From: a virus
Lineage: Duplodnaviria; Caudoviricetes
IMG/VR virus record: IMGVR_UViG_3300015050_001523
Span: 224,001-288,000 of that record
Length of the DNA: 64,000 bases
Strand: one strand, 5' to 3'
Shown in pieces: positions 50,413 to 59,979 of the stretch (within the stretch, counting starts at the first letter, position 1; every line of letters begins with the position of its first letter). Both the position numbers and the translations under genes were made by a program. The notes beneath the pieces were generated by a model. That model was given only the letters and a program-made list of their open reading frames with translations. It did no database searches and was not told where the DNA came from.

Positions 50413-50424
50413 TAAAATGTTCTT

Positions 50425-50673
50425 ATGAGTTGGGAGAAAATATCAAAAAACAGAATCCAGCGAGAAATCGCTGGATTTTTTATTATAAAGCCAGAAGGAG
50501 AAAATCTTTCAATCCCTTTATTCTGTCCTCTTTGTAAAAATGCAATGAGAAACATTCAAGATTCACAATATTATAGAAAATATTGTGTATGTTATGATTG
50601 TTCTACCATGTATGCTGAGCCAAATCGCAAAAAATGGAAAGAAGGATGGAGACCAGATGTTTTTGACGCATAG
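50425..50673 (+). CDS. Small zinc-finger protein
   Basis: CPLC...CYDC, C-terminal WKEGWRP. Confidence 0.65.
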   Translation: MSWEKISKNRIQREIAGFFIIKPEGENLSIPLFCPLCKNAMRNIQDSQYYRKYCVCYDCSTMYAEPNRKKWKEGWRPDVFDA

Positions 50674-50697
50674 TTATAACTATAGATAGGTTATCAT

Positions 50698-51084
50698 ATG
50701 AATTTTGAAGAATATAATATATTGGGTAATATAATCAATACAACTTGGGGAGTTGGTTCTACCAACAACTCAAAAAGTGGCACAATGTCAATTAAGGGAC
50801 AAATGATTGATGAAGATCGATTGGTTCTTAATTTTACAACAATAATAACTTTTGGAGAGCCACATGAGCGAAAAAGAGAGCTTGAAAAAGCTTCATTGGA
50901 ATCTGGATCAATTCTTGAAAACTGTATTAAAAATATCAAGTCTGAGTTTAAAAAAGAGACTGGAAGGACATTGAAAACAAAAAATATAGCAGATGAAGAA
51001 GATTGGGAACTTTTATCTTTAGGACAGTATAGCGGTAGAAGGGATGCATATTATCGTCGAAAAATTGTTTTAGAGCTAAACTAA
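50698..51084 (+). CDS. Hypothetical protein directly upstream of terminase
   Basis: Clean ORF abutting terL. Confidence 0.6.
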   Translation: MNFEEYNILGNIINTTWGVGSTNNSKSGTMSIKGQMIDEDRLVLNFTTIITFGEPHERKRELEKASLESGSILENCIKNIKSEFKKETGRTLKTKNIADEEDWELLSLGQYSGRRDAYYRRKIVLELN

Positions 51085-51085
51085 A

Positions 51086-52735
51086 ATGGCCGCCCCAAAT
51101 ACCACTATAAAAGGAGCGCAAGCAAAAGAAATTCTGAAGTGTGGGCGAGACCCAATATACTTTTTTAATACATATATAAAGATTCAACATCCAACAAAAG
51201 GCGCTCTTCCATTTGGAACATTCCCATTTCAGGATGATTGTGTTCATGATTTCTTAAAACATAGATTTACAGTTGTCTTAAAGGCCAGACAGTTAGGACT
51301 TTCTACAGTTACTGCTGCTTATGCCTTATGGATAATTTTATTTCAAGAAAATGCAAATGTTTTAGTTATTGCAACAAAGCTAACAACTGCAAAAAACTTT
51401 ATTGCAAAATGTAAGTACATGTTAAAGAATCTTCCTCCTTGGTTGGTTCTTTGCGATATTACAAGTGATACAGTTCAAACAATTGAAACTTCTCGTGGTT
51501 CAATTTTAAAAGCCGTTCCAACATCCCCCGATGCTGGCCGTTCTGAAGCCCTTTCTCTTTTGATTGTTGACGAGGCTGCCTTTATTGAAAATTTTGACAC
51601 TCTTTGGACTGGATTATATCCTTGTGTATCTACTGGTGGTCGTACAATTCTTTTATCTTCTCCTAATGGTACAGGAAATAAATTTTTTGATATCTATGAT
51701 AAAGCGGCGAAAGGCGATAATGAATTCTACCCAATAAAATTGCCATGGAGTGTACACCCAGAGCGTGATGAAAAATGGTTTAAGCAACAAACCATGAATA
51801 TGACACCAAAAGAAATTGCACAGGAACATGAATGCGACTTTGCAGCTTCTGGTGACACATTTCTTGATGCTTCAATTATTGAAAAACTAAGAACTATGGT
51901 TAAGAATCCTTTGAAAAAGGTTGGAGAGGATAGAAATGTTTGGATTTGGGAAGATCCTGAACCTGAAGATCATTACATTTTATCTGCCGATACTGCCAGG
52001 GGAGATGGAAAGGATTATTCTGCCTTTCACATTATTAATGCAACAACATCAAGAGTTGTTGTTGAATACAAAGGAAAAATGCCTCCAGATCGCTTTGCAG
52101 AACTTATTAATGAATTTGGACTTTTATACAATAAAGCATTAGTCTGCCCAGAAAACAATAATATTGGATATGCAACAATTCAAAGATTGTGTTATCTGCA
52201 ATATCCAAATATTTATAATGGAAAAGAAAAGTCTTTAGATCTTTGGAAATCTATGGCTGGAAATGACGGAAATCTCCAAAGACCATCAGGAGACCTTGGA
52301 ATTTTTACAACAGGTCAGAAAAAAAATGTTCTTCTTACAAAAATGGAAGAAATGTTAAGAAATGATAAGGTTCAGATTTTTTCTGAAAGGTTCTATGAAG
52401 AATTAAAAACATTTGTTTGGATAAACAACCATAAAGTTGGAGCAGAAAAAGGCAAAAATGATGATCTTGTGATGAGTGCTGCAATTGGCCTTTGGCTTTT
52501 GGATACTGCTGATTTTTCATTATATTCAGAAGATCAAAGTAAGGCATTGATTGATGCAATGACAAAATCAGCTTCAAGTATTGATGATATTATCAATAAT
52601 CAAACTGGAAGAAATAAAGATGATTATAGTGTAATGGTTCCAGTAGCAGGTAATTCTGGAGGCTTTTCAAATTCAAATCGAAAAGCAAATAGAGTTCAAG
52701 TAATTAATAAAAAATGGAATTGGTTAATGCAGTAA
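51086..52735 (+). CDS. terL: Terminase large subunit (T4 gp17-like)
   Basis: QDD (Q motif), RQLGLST, LIVDEAAF (Walker B), LSSPNG, QEHECDF, LSADTARG, DYSAF, CPENN, DDLVMS nuclease motif. Confidence 0.95.
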   Translation: MAAPNTTIKGAQAKEILKCGRDPIYFFNTYIKIQHPTKGALPFGTFPFQDDCVHDFLKHRFTVVLKARQLGLSTVTAAYALWIILFQENANVLVIATKLTTAKNFIAKCKYMLKNLPPWLVLCDITSDTVQTIETSRGSILKAVPTSPDAGRSEALSLLIVDEAAFIENFDTLWTGLYPCVSTGGRTILLSSPNGTGNKFFDIYDKAAKGDNEFYPIKLPWSVHPERDEKWFKQQTMNMTPKEIAQEHECDFAASGDTFLDASIIEKLRTMVKNPLKKVGEDRNVWIWEDPEPEDHYILSADTARGDGKDYSAFHIINATTSRVVVEYKGKMPPDRFAELINEFGLLYNKALVCPENNNIGYATIQRLCYLQYPNIYNGKEKSLDLWKSMAGNDGNLQRPSGDLGIFTTGQKKNVLLTKMEEMLRNDKVQIFSERFYEELKTFVWINNHKVGAEKGKNDDLVMSAAIGLWLLDTADFSLYSEDQSKALIDAMTKSASSIDDIINNQTGRNKDDYSVMVPVAGNSGGFSNSNRKANRVQVINKKWNWLMQ

Positions 52736-52746
52736 ATAAAACAAAT

Positions 52747-53211
52747 ATGACTTACGAAAAAAAAAGAAAGGTAAAACAACTTTCAGAGATAATGCAGAAA
52801 AATAAATATTTTGATTCTGCTATTGAGTCATATATTGAACAATTGAAAACAAAAAGAGACTGGCAAAACCTTGAAAAGAAATTAATTCAATATAAAAATT
52901 CTGGATGGGAAAAAGAAAAATTGAATAAAATTTTTCAATGGGAAAGGAAAGGATGCGAAATTCATAATAAGTCTTTAGACAAGTCTATGATTATAATTAA
53001 AAAAATGGGCTCGGAAATAACCGAAGAACAATTTTTTGATTTAAAATATTGGATTCAGAATAGTTCGCATTCTAAAGAGGCATGGAATAAAAACATTGTA
53101 CAACTTGAAGATTCTTTACATATTATAAAGGCAAAGATTGTACATTTGGCTTTTATGAGCCGATCTCCAACTCCTGTCAATATTGGTCAAATAATAAAAA
53201 ATAAAGATTAG
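52747..53211 (+). CDS. Hypothetical protein
   Basis: ORF between terL and portal; ATG 52747 avoids overlap with terL. Confidence 0.5.
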   Translation: MTYEKKRKVKQLSEIMQKNKYFDSAIESYIEQLKTKRDWQNLEKKLIQYKNSGWEKEKLNKIFQWERKGCEIHNKSLDKSMIIIKKMGSEITEEQFFDLKYWIQNSSHSKEAWNKNIVQLEDSLHIIKAKIVHLAFMSRSPTPVNIGQIIKNKD

Positions 53212-53235
53212 ACAATCAAATATATATTTATCTGT

Positions 53236-53646
53236 ATGATTTCAATGCAAAAAAGCCAACTTCAAGATTTGATAAGAGAATCATATCTTTATTCAATAAT
53301 TAAAGAAGGTAAAGATCATAATAGAGAGATTGTTTCAACTATTCTTTCTCTCAAAGACTCTTTATTAAAAAGAAATTTTATTTGTAATACCCAATATGCT
53401 CCTCCAAATCCACAAAAAAAACATCGTGACTTTGGATATTGTACTGTAAAAATTGATACAACAATTGGAAGAGGAAAAGAAATGAGTCAAAAAGCCATTA
53501 TGAAACAAATAATAAGAATGGCACAACAAATGGGACTTAACAAATATTTTTCAATAGTGGATCATGGATATGATGGGAGATATTGTAATTGCAATTTTCG
53601 CCTAAATCCTAAATTTGTTGACAAGTATATGCAACAACAAATTTAG
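53236..53646 (+). CDS. Hypothetical protein with LIRE motif (putative head protein)
   Basis: QLQDLIRES...IIKEG; ATG 53245 is an alternative start. Confidence 0.55.
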   Translation: MISMQKSQLQDLIRESYLYSIIKEGKDHNREIVSTILSLKDSLLKRNFICNTQYAPPNPQKKHRDFGYCTVKIDTTIGRGKEMSQKAIMKQIIRMAQQMGLNKYFSIVDHGYDGRYCNCNFRLNPKFVDKYMQQQI

Positions 53647-53694
53647 GAAAACAAATAGAGCAACCTTTAAATTTTTAATAATAGGGGAGCAAGA

Positions 53695-55773
53695 ATGGCA
53701 ACAAAAAGACAAAATTTATTTTCAAGACTAACAAGGCTTTTTAAGTCTGGACCTGTTGTAAAAAGGCAAATTAAAGGACTCGATAACTCAGCGGTCAAAT
53801 CATCTGCTTTCGATGTTTTTCGGAAAAGCACAGCTACTGTTTATGGAAACAGTATGAATGCTTATGGGCAATACGATAGACTTTCTCGTTATTCAGATTT
53901 TTCGGAGATGGAATCCACGCCTGAAATAAATACAGCTCTTGACATTTATGCAGATGAAACTGTTGCAAAGGATGAGAAAGGAAAGTGTCTTCATGTTTAT
54001 TCGGAAAATCCAAAAATTCAAAGATTGCTTGAAGAATTATTTTATGACACATTAAATTTTGAATTTGTTTCAAGATCTTGGGTTCGTAATATTTGCAAAT
54101 ATGGAGATATGTTTCTTTTGAATGATGTATCTCCTACCCATGGAGTGATCAATGCCCATCCAATACCAGTAAATGAAGTTGAAAGAGAAGAAGGATTTGA
54201 TCCTGAAAATCCTTTTGCTATTAGATTTAGATTGGTAACTCAAGGAAATCAGGTATTGGAGCCTTGGCAGATTACACACTTTAGATTGATGGGAAATGAT
54301 AGTTTTACCCCATATGGTTCAAGCGTAATCGAAGGAGCAAGAAGGGTTTGGAGATCTCTTGTCATGGCTGAAGATGCCATGTTAACTTATAGAATTATTA
54401 GATCACCAGAGCGAAGAGTGTTTTATATTGACGTTGCAAATGCTCCACCAAATGATGTTCCTAATATTATTGAGAATGCAAGATCTACATTAAAGTCTCA
54501 AGAGGTTGTTGACAATACGGCTGGAAGAGTTGATCAAAGATATAATCCATGGGCTGTAGATATTGATTATTTTATTCCTGTTCGTGGCCAAGATGGAGGA
54601 ACAAGGATTGAAACACTTCCAGGAGGAGCGAATACTACAGCAATTGAAGATGTTGAATACATTCAGCGCAAGCTTTTTTCTGCACTTAAGGTTCCAAAGG
54701 CATATTTGGGATATGATGAATCTTTGGGAGGAAAAGCCAATCTTGCTGCTGAAGATGTTAGATTTGCAAGAACTATTCAACAAATTCAAGCAGTCATTAT
54801 TACAGAATTAAATAAAATAGCAGCAATTCATTTGGCAGCACATGGATATGATGGAGAGGATTTAGTAAATTTCAATCTACAATTAAGTAATCCTTCTGCT
54901 ATGGCTCAACAACAAAAACTTGAGCTTATAAGGACAAGATTTGAAATAGCTGGGACCCGCCCAGAAGGGCTATTGTCTGATAAATATTTATATAAAGAAG
55001 TTTTCCAAATGACTGATGACACCATTGAAGAAATGGAAAAAGATCAAATTAAAGAACTTATTAGAAAAGCTCAAATGGAGCAAATGGGTGCTGCGGCTGC
55101 TGAAGGCGGAGCCGGAGGTGGAGGCGGAGGCGGAGGCGGCCTTGGTGGTCTTGGCGGTCCTGATGATGGTCTTGGTGGAATCGAAATGCCTGCGGGTGAA
55201 GAAGGTGGCGGAGAAGGAACAGAAACACCGTCCGAAGATGGTGGAGAAACAGAGCCGCCTACAACTGATGATGATTTATTTGCAGAATCTGAGAATGATG
55301 ATGAAAGTTTCCTTCTTATGTCAAATGATGATGACAATATCATTGAGTTTGAAATTGATGAAGGAGATGAATATAAACCTGTCCATCAACAAAATCAGGC
55401 ATCTAGATATAGACATAATAACTTAAGGCCAAGCCGCAAAAAAATGATTGGTTCAAATGGAATGAGAGCAACAGATCCTGGAAAAGCGCTAGATCACAAA
55501 GATCCTCATTTTCATGATGTTTCATTAAAGAGAAATTGGAGTGCTGCAACATCTATTGCAAAGGATGGTTCATTCAAATTAGCAGATTCTGTTCAACGAC
55601 AAATGGGAATTATAGAGAATTCAGAAAATAAAAGAACAAGATTGTCTAGTGAAATGAAATATGCTTTAGATTCTCTTCCAAAAGGAGTATTTATAAAAGG
55701 AAATACTTTAAAGAAAAATGAAAATTTTAAATCTTCAAATCTTATTATTGAATCCGATGGAGATGACGTGTAA
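53695..55773 (+). CDS. Portal protein (T4 gp20-like) with long C-terminal extension
   Basis: PEINTALDIYADE, W.RNICKYGD, EDAMLTYRIIRSPERRVFYIDV, DYFIPVRG...TRIETLPGG, KLFSALKVP, FARTIQQIQ. Confidence 0.95.
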   Translation: MATKRQNLFSRLTRLFKSGPVVKRQIKGLDNSAVKSSAFDVFRKSTATVYGNSMNAYGQYDRLSRYSDFSEMESTPEINTALDIYADETVAKDEKGKCLHVYSENPKIQRLLEELFYDTLNFEFVSRSWVRNICKYGDMFLLNDVSPTHGVINAHPIPVNEVEREEGFDPENPFAIRFRLVTQGNQVLEPWQITHFRLMGNDSFTPYGSSVIEGARRVWRSLVMAEDAMLTYRIIRSPERRVFYIDVANAPPNDVPNIIENARSTLKSQEVVDNTAGRVDQRYNPWAVDIDYFIPVRGQDGGTRIETLPGGANTTAIEDVEYIQRKLFSALKVPKAYLGYDESLGGKANLAAEDVRFARTIQQIQAVIITELNKIAAIHLAAHGYDGEDLVNFNLQLSNPSAMAQQQKLELIRTRFEIAGTRPEGLLSDKYLYKEVFQMTDDTIEEMEKDQIKELIRKAQMEQMGAAAAEGGAGGGGGGGGGLGGLGGPDDGLGGIEMPAGEEGGGEGTETPSEDGGETEPPTTDDDLFAESENDDESFLLMSNDDDNIIEFEIDEGDEYKPVHQQNQASRYRHNNLRPSRKKMIGSNGMRATDPGKALDHKDPHFHDVSLKRNWSAATSIAKDGSFKLADSVQRQMGIIENSENKRTRLSSEMKYALDSLPKGVFIKGNTLKKNENFKSSNLIIESDGDDV

Positions 55774-56621
55774 TGACAAGACATAATAAAAAAAGAAATA
55801 CTGGGCTTCTATACGAATTTCTTGTTAGATCTATTTCTGATTCAGTGATTGAAGGAGATGAAAAAAGAAGGAATACAGCCTTATCTATTATAAAAAAACA
55901 CTTTACAGCAGGAAGTGAATTATATAAAGAATTTAGATTATTCCATTCCTTAGCCGCATCTACTGTGAAAAGTTCATCTGTGGCAGATACTATTTTAGAA
56001 ACAGCGAAAAAAGCTTCATCAATGTGTGATATTGAAAAGCTTGATTATGAAAAATCATTACTTATCAGAAGCATTAATCATGGATTGGGAGATGGTAATT
56101 TTTATGATAGAAAAATTTCTGAATATAAAATTTATGCCACTATTCAAACATTATTAAATGAATGGAGAAGTGGTCAATATAATAATATTGTTGAATTAGC
56201 TCAATTTGAAGAACAGCTAAAAGAATGGCTATTGAAAGAAAAAAAAGTAAATGCATTAAATGAAGAAACAAATTTTTCTGTCAGGGATCCTTTAGTTGAA
56301 AAACTCATGATTAAAAAAATAAATGAAAAATATAATGAAAGCCTAAATGAAGAACAGGCAAACATTATTCGTTCTTATATTTTTGCCAAGGATGAAGTTA
56401 CTAAAAACAAATTGATTGAAAATTTAGAATTGATCAAAACTAAAACTCTTAATGAAATTGATTCATATTTCGCAGTCAGTCAAGGAAAAGATAAATTTTT
56501 TGATGAAAAATTAAAAAAAGCAAAATCATTGATTTTGAAAGAAAACATTGATTCAATTGATGATGAGAAAATTGAAAAATTCTTAGATATTTCAAAGCTT
56601 GGGCAGGAGATTAGGAATTAG
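55773..56621 (+). CDS. Head-module hypothetical protein
   Basis: Helical 282 aa, coupled to the portal stop; HNKKRNTGLLYEFL N-terminus. Confidence 0.65.
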   Translation: MTRHNKKRNTGLLYEFLVRSISDSVIEGDEKRRNTALSIIKKHFTAGSELYKEFRLFHSLAASTVKSSSVADTILETAKKASSMCDIEKLDYEKSLLIRSINHGLGDGNFYDRKISEYKIYATIQTLLNEWRSGQYNNIVELAQFEEQLKEWLLKEKKVNALNEETNFSVRDPLVEKLMIKKINEKYNESLNEEQANIIRSYIFAKDEVTKNKLIENLELIKTKTLNEIDSYFAVSQGKDKFFDEKLKKAKSLILKENIDSIDDEKIEKFLDISKLGQEIRN

Positions 56622-56622
56622 T

Positions 56623-57243
56623 ATGCAAAAAGTTTTAACAGAATGGACAAAATTTGAAGGAGAAATTATTAAAGAAGAAAAAACTTCTTATAATAATGGA
56701 AAGCCCAAATTGACAATGAAGGGTATATTGCAAAGAGCAGATACTTTAAATCAAAATGGAAGAATTTATCCAAAAAGAATACTGGAAAAAGAGTTAAGAA
56801 ATTATCAAAAATTGATTCGAGAAAGACGTGCAACCGGTTCTCTTGACCATACAGATAGTTCAATTATTGAATTAACGACAGTTTCTCATCTTGTAACAGA
56901 AGCCTGGATGGATGGAGACATTATTTATGGAAAAGTAGAAATACTTCCAACTCCACATGGAGATACTTTAAGAAATCTTGTTGAGGCAAATGTAACTGTT
57001 GGAATTTCTTCTCGTGGAGTTGGAACTACAAAATCTGATGCGAATGGTCATCAGATTGTTCAAGAAGATTTTCAATTAATTTGTTGGGATTTCGTATCTG
57101 AGCCTTCAACCCCAGGTGGCTTCATGATGAAAGAAGGCAGAGATTTGACAAATGTAGATCTTAAAGAATTAAAGAAATTTTTTGATAAAAGCGATAGAAT
57201 TGACAGAGTAGTTAATGACATCCTTGAATGGGGGACCAAATAA
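56623..57243 (+). CDS. Prohead core protease (T4 gp21-like)
   Basis: GILQRADTLNQNGRIYP, GSLDHT (His), VSHL, GISSRGVG (Ser), WDFVSEPSTPG. Start moved to ATG 56623. Confidence 0.93.
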   Translation: MQKVLTEWTKFEGEIIKEEKTSYNNGKPKLTMKGILQRADTLNQNGRIYPKRILEKELRNYQKLIRERRATGSLDHTDSSIIELTTVSHLVTEAWMDGDIIYGKVEILPTPHGDTLRNLVEANVTVGISSRGVGTTKSDANGHQIVQEDFQLICWDFVSEPSTPGGFMMKEGRDLTNVDLKELKKFFDKSDRIDRVVNDILEWGTK

Positions 57244-57635
57244 TGGGAGCAGGAAGACCAGGAGTAAATCATACAGCAGAATACCAGGCATCAGCGATTC
57301 CTTGGGTGACGAGTTCTTTAAGTGTAACAAATGCTAGAAGTATTGAGTTTCCTAGCGTTACAAGATTTGTAAAAGTTTCAAATACTGGAACTGGATCTAT
57401 TTTTGTTGGATTTACACAATCTGGAGTTCAAGGAAAAAAATCATTTCGAGTCCTTCAGGGAGCAACGGAACATTTTGAAATAAGAATTAGAGATCTTTGG
57501 CTTTCAGGGTCCCATGCAAGTGGTGCTGTTGATGTTTTTGGCGGTTTAACAGCAATTTCAAGAGATCTTTATAATCCAATAACAGGTACAAGTCCACCAC
57601 CTGAAGGATATTGGTATGTTCCTGGAGTTGAATAA
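57243..57635 (+). CDS. Small beta-rich virion protein (possible head decoration)
   Basis: TAATG-coupled to the protease; EYQASAIPWVTSS...FPSVTRFVKVSN...VGFT. Confidence 0.5.
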   Translation: MGAGRPGVNHTAEYQASAIPWVTSSLSVTNARSIEFPSVTRFVKVSNTGTGSIFVGFTQSGVQGKKSFRVLQGATEHFEIRIRDLWLSGSHASGAVDVFGGLTAISRDLYNPITGTSPPPEGYWYVPGVE

Positions 57636-57638
57636 AAT

Positions 57639-58361
57639 ATGAAAAAAACTGAATTTAAAGAATTTGTAAAAGAAATGTTTTTGGAGCTAATCGAAAATGA
57701 TGATGAAGTTCGAGAAGTGATTCTAGAATTTGCACAAAAAAATTTAGGAGCAATTTCTGAGTCCAAAGTCGTCAAAGAACCTTCAGATCCTGAGCTTTAT
57801 GACAAATTAATGCTAATTGCTTCTGGAAAAGAAAGCAAAATGATTTATGAAGGGAAAACAATAAAGACTCCAAATTATGGAAATGGATTTAAATCTGGAA
57901 AACATATTAAAGAATGGGCAAATGGAATATATTCCAAGATTGGTGGAAAATGGAGCACTTCCCAAACTTCTCAACAAAATGGAGTAAGTAATGATACTTT
58001 ATCTTTTCTTTCTGCAATGGGAGGAGCTGAAGGTGGAGGAGATATAAGAAATGTTGGCTCATCAGGAAATGATAGACTAATAATGGAAACTATTAGAAGG
58101 GCTGGACATGGAACAACAATCGGCGTAGATGAAAATGGAAATATTGATTCTGGAAGTGCTATCGATATTACAAGTATTTTGGCAGATACTGCAAAAACAA
58201 CATCTCAAAATTTTCCTTCTTCGCATGAAGGGGGAGCACAAGCCGCATCTAGAATGGCAGGCGGGCAAGAATCATTTCAAGGAGCCCCAGAAAAGGTTTT
58301 TGCAGAATCGGCAGGAAATTGGGCTGCATTAGCTTTCCATGGAATGGGTTCTGGAAAATAA
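57639..58361 (+). CDS. Hypothetical head-module protein
   Basis: MKKTEFKEFVKEMFLELIE amphipathic N-terminus; G/S-rich C-terminus. Confidence 0.6.
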   Translation: MKKTEFKEFVKEMFLELIENDDEVREVILEFAQKNLGAISESKVVKEPSDPELYDKLMLIASGKESKMIYEGKTIKTPNYGNGFKSGKHIKEWANGIYSKIGGKWSTSQTSQQNGVSNDTLSFLSAMGGAEGGGDIRNVGSSGNDRLIMETIRRAGHGTTIGVDENGNIDSGSAIDITSILADTAKTTSQNFPSSHEGGAQAASRMAGGQESFQGAPEKVFAESAGNWAALAFHGMGSGK

Positions 58362-58373
58362 GAATTAACAGTA

Positions 58374-58380
58374 TATTTAT
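58374..58380 (+). promoter_or_regulatory. TATTTAT candidate late-promoter element
   Basis: One of six exact intergenic copies (29384, 43474, 53225, 58374, 58782, 59947) upstream of structural genes. Confidence 0.45.
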
Positions 58381-58416
58381 TGATAAGGCATTTCGCTAAA
58401 AGGAGATTTTAAAATT

Positions 58417-58764
58417 ATGGCTAGAGAAATTGACAAAAATGAACTTGTAAGTCTTGTAATGGAAGTTGTATCCGAAGTTGAAAAGGATTTAAAAAAAGTA
58501 CAAGCAAAAGAAGTAACACCTGACGAGTATGCAGATACTCTTGAGAAACCAATCGATTGGGAATCAAAACTTGGACTTAAACCAAGTGTTTCTGGAAAGG
58601 AAATGCTTGAAGCACTTAAAATTAAAGAAGCTAAGGCTATTAGAATTGCTAAACAACTTCGCTCTCAAAGAGAGGCTTTAATGGAAACTATGAGAGCAGA
58701 AGAAATGCTTGCAGAAAATAAACGTCTTAGAAAGGCGATTCAAAGAGCAAAAGCATCAAGATAA
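58417..58764 (+). CDS. Hypothetical coiled-coil head-module protein
   Basis: AAGGAG RBS; helical and charged. Confidence 0.65.
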   Translation: MAREIDKNELVSLVMEVVSEVEKDLKKVQAKEVTPDEYADTLEKPIDWESKLGLKPSVSGKEMLEALKIKEAKAIRIAKQLRSQREALMETMRAEEMLAENKRLRKAIQRAKASR

Positions 58765-58781
58765 ATATTTCTAGATGGACA

Positions 58782-58789
58782 TATTTATA
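58782..58789 (+). promoter_or_regulatory. TATTTATA candidate late-promoter element
   Basis: Upstream of AGGAG RBS and ATG 58805. Confidence 0.45.
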
Positions 58790-58804
58790 ATCTAGGAGAT
58801 TTAT

Positions 58805-59224
58805 ATGGCAACAAATAAAGTAGAGAATCCAACACAAAGAGATTTAGGAAGTTCTGATACTGCCTCATTGGCTGAACAATTCCCGGCAACACCAGTTGAC
58901 TTCGAGCCAGATATATTTACAAAAAGTCTTTTGGATGGAGTTGTTACAGAAAATCCTATTCTTGGAGAATTCTCAATGGATTATAAAAATGCTCCAAATA
59001 TCTTGGATGATTTAATTCAAGACGATCCGGGTGTTGTTGGATTTGTTCCCAACCCAACACCGCCAGGACCAGGAGATACAAATCCGGCGAATAAAGGACC
59101 CGCACCTGAAACTAATTTCCCACCACCAAGCTCTGGATTCGGCTCTTCAACTTCTCCAATTGAAACTGCTCCAAAAATTGCTGACCAAAAATTTGACACT
59201 TTAATTTTTGGTAAATCATTCTAA
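58805..59224 (+). CDS. Pro-rich hypothetical protein
   Basis: AGGAG RBS; PNPTPPGPG tract; followed by a terminator. Confidence 0.65.
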   Translation: MATNKVENPTQRDLGSSDTASLAEQFPATPVDFEPDIFTKSLLDGVVTENPILGEFSMDYKNAPNILDDLIQDDPGVVGFVPNPTPPGPGDTNPANKGPAPETNFPPPSSGFGSSTSPIETAPKIADQKFDTLIFGKSF

Positions 59225-59246
59225 TAAGCAATATTAGAATGAAATT

Positions 59247-59274
59247 AAAAGCCCGCATTTATGCGGGCTTTTTT
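59247..59274 (+). terminator. Rho-independent terminator (symmetric, potentially bidirectional)
   Basis: AAAA-GCCCGCAT-TT-ATGCGGGC-TTTTTT. Confidence 0.88.
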
Positions 59275-59332
59275 ATTATTTTTAAACCTAGTTATAAGCA
59301 ACGTGGTAAAAAAAATAAAAGAATATTATTCC

Positions 59333-59908
59333 ATGATGCCTGATTCAAATCAGAATAAAGGGTATGGAAAATTAAGTGGAGATGCCAAAAATAGAATAAT
59401 TTCATCAAATTTTTTTCCTTATGATCCTTATGAACCATCAAGTCCAGAAGATTCAGAATTTGAAGATCCTTTATTACAAAATAAATTTTCTAATATGATG
59501 GGAAATCAGCCTGCAACAAAATCAGATTATGTTTCAAGAAGATCTGATCCATTTACATATTTTGATGATTCGACTGTTGGGTTATCTGAAGAAAAATTGA
59601 TTAGAGAATATATACATTTATTATTTGAAACCTATATCTCAAATAAGTCAAGAACAAGCGATACAGATGGGGCGATGACTCAATGGGGGAATAAAGTACC
59701 AGGAGGTACTCAATTTGGATGGAGTTCTGCCTATTTATTCCCTCAAAAAAAAACTCAATATGAACCAGTATTTTCTTTGAAAGATCTAATGACAAAACAT
59801 GAAGATGAAATTGGACTTAGTGGAAATCTTGAACGAGAAGAAGATGAAGAATGGAAAAAAGAATATGGCCAGGAACAATATGACAACATTTTTCCTCTTT
59901 TTTGGTAA
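59333..59908 (+). CDS. Hypothetical protein with LIRE motif
   Basis: The track start (59261) lies inside the terminator stem; next in-frame ATG is 59333. Contains LSEEKLIREYIHLL. Confidence 0.55.
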   Translation: MMPDSNQNKGYGKLSGDAKNRIISSNFFPYDPYEPSSPEDSEFEDPLLQNKFSNMMGNQPATKSDYVSRRSDPFTYFDDSTVGLSEEKLIREYIHLLFETYISNKSRTSDTDGAMTQWGNKVPGGTQFGWSSAYLFPQKKTQYEPVFSLKDLMTKHEDEIGLSGNLEREEDEEWKKEYGQEQYDNIFPLFW

Positions 59909-59946
59909 GAAAATATAATCATTTGGTTTTTTGGATATAGACGTTA

Positions 59947-59953
59947 TATTTAT
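59947..59953 (+). promoter_or_regulatory. TATTTAT candidate late-promoter element for scaffold/MCP
   Basis: 26 nt upstream of scaffold ATG 59980. Confidence 0.45.
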
Positions 59954-59979
59954 TCTCAGGATTATAAAGGATTATAATA

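Noticed and set aside
50670-50683. 14-bp perfect palindrome ATAGTTATAACTAT
   Set aside because: At this AT content several such palindromes are expected by chance in 64 kb; no second copy.
59261-59332. Track start at 59261
   Set aside because: This ATG is part of the terminator stem.
59958-59977. Tandem AGGATTATAA x2 before the scaffold start
   Set aside because: Most simply a duplicated RBS-spacer; no independent support.
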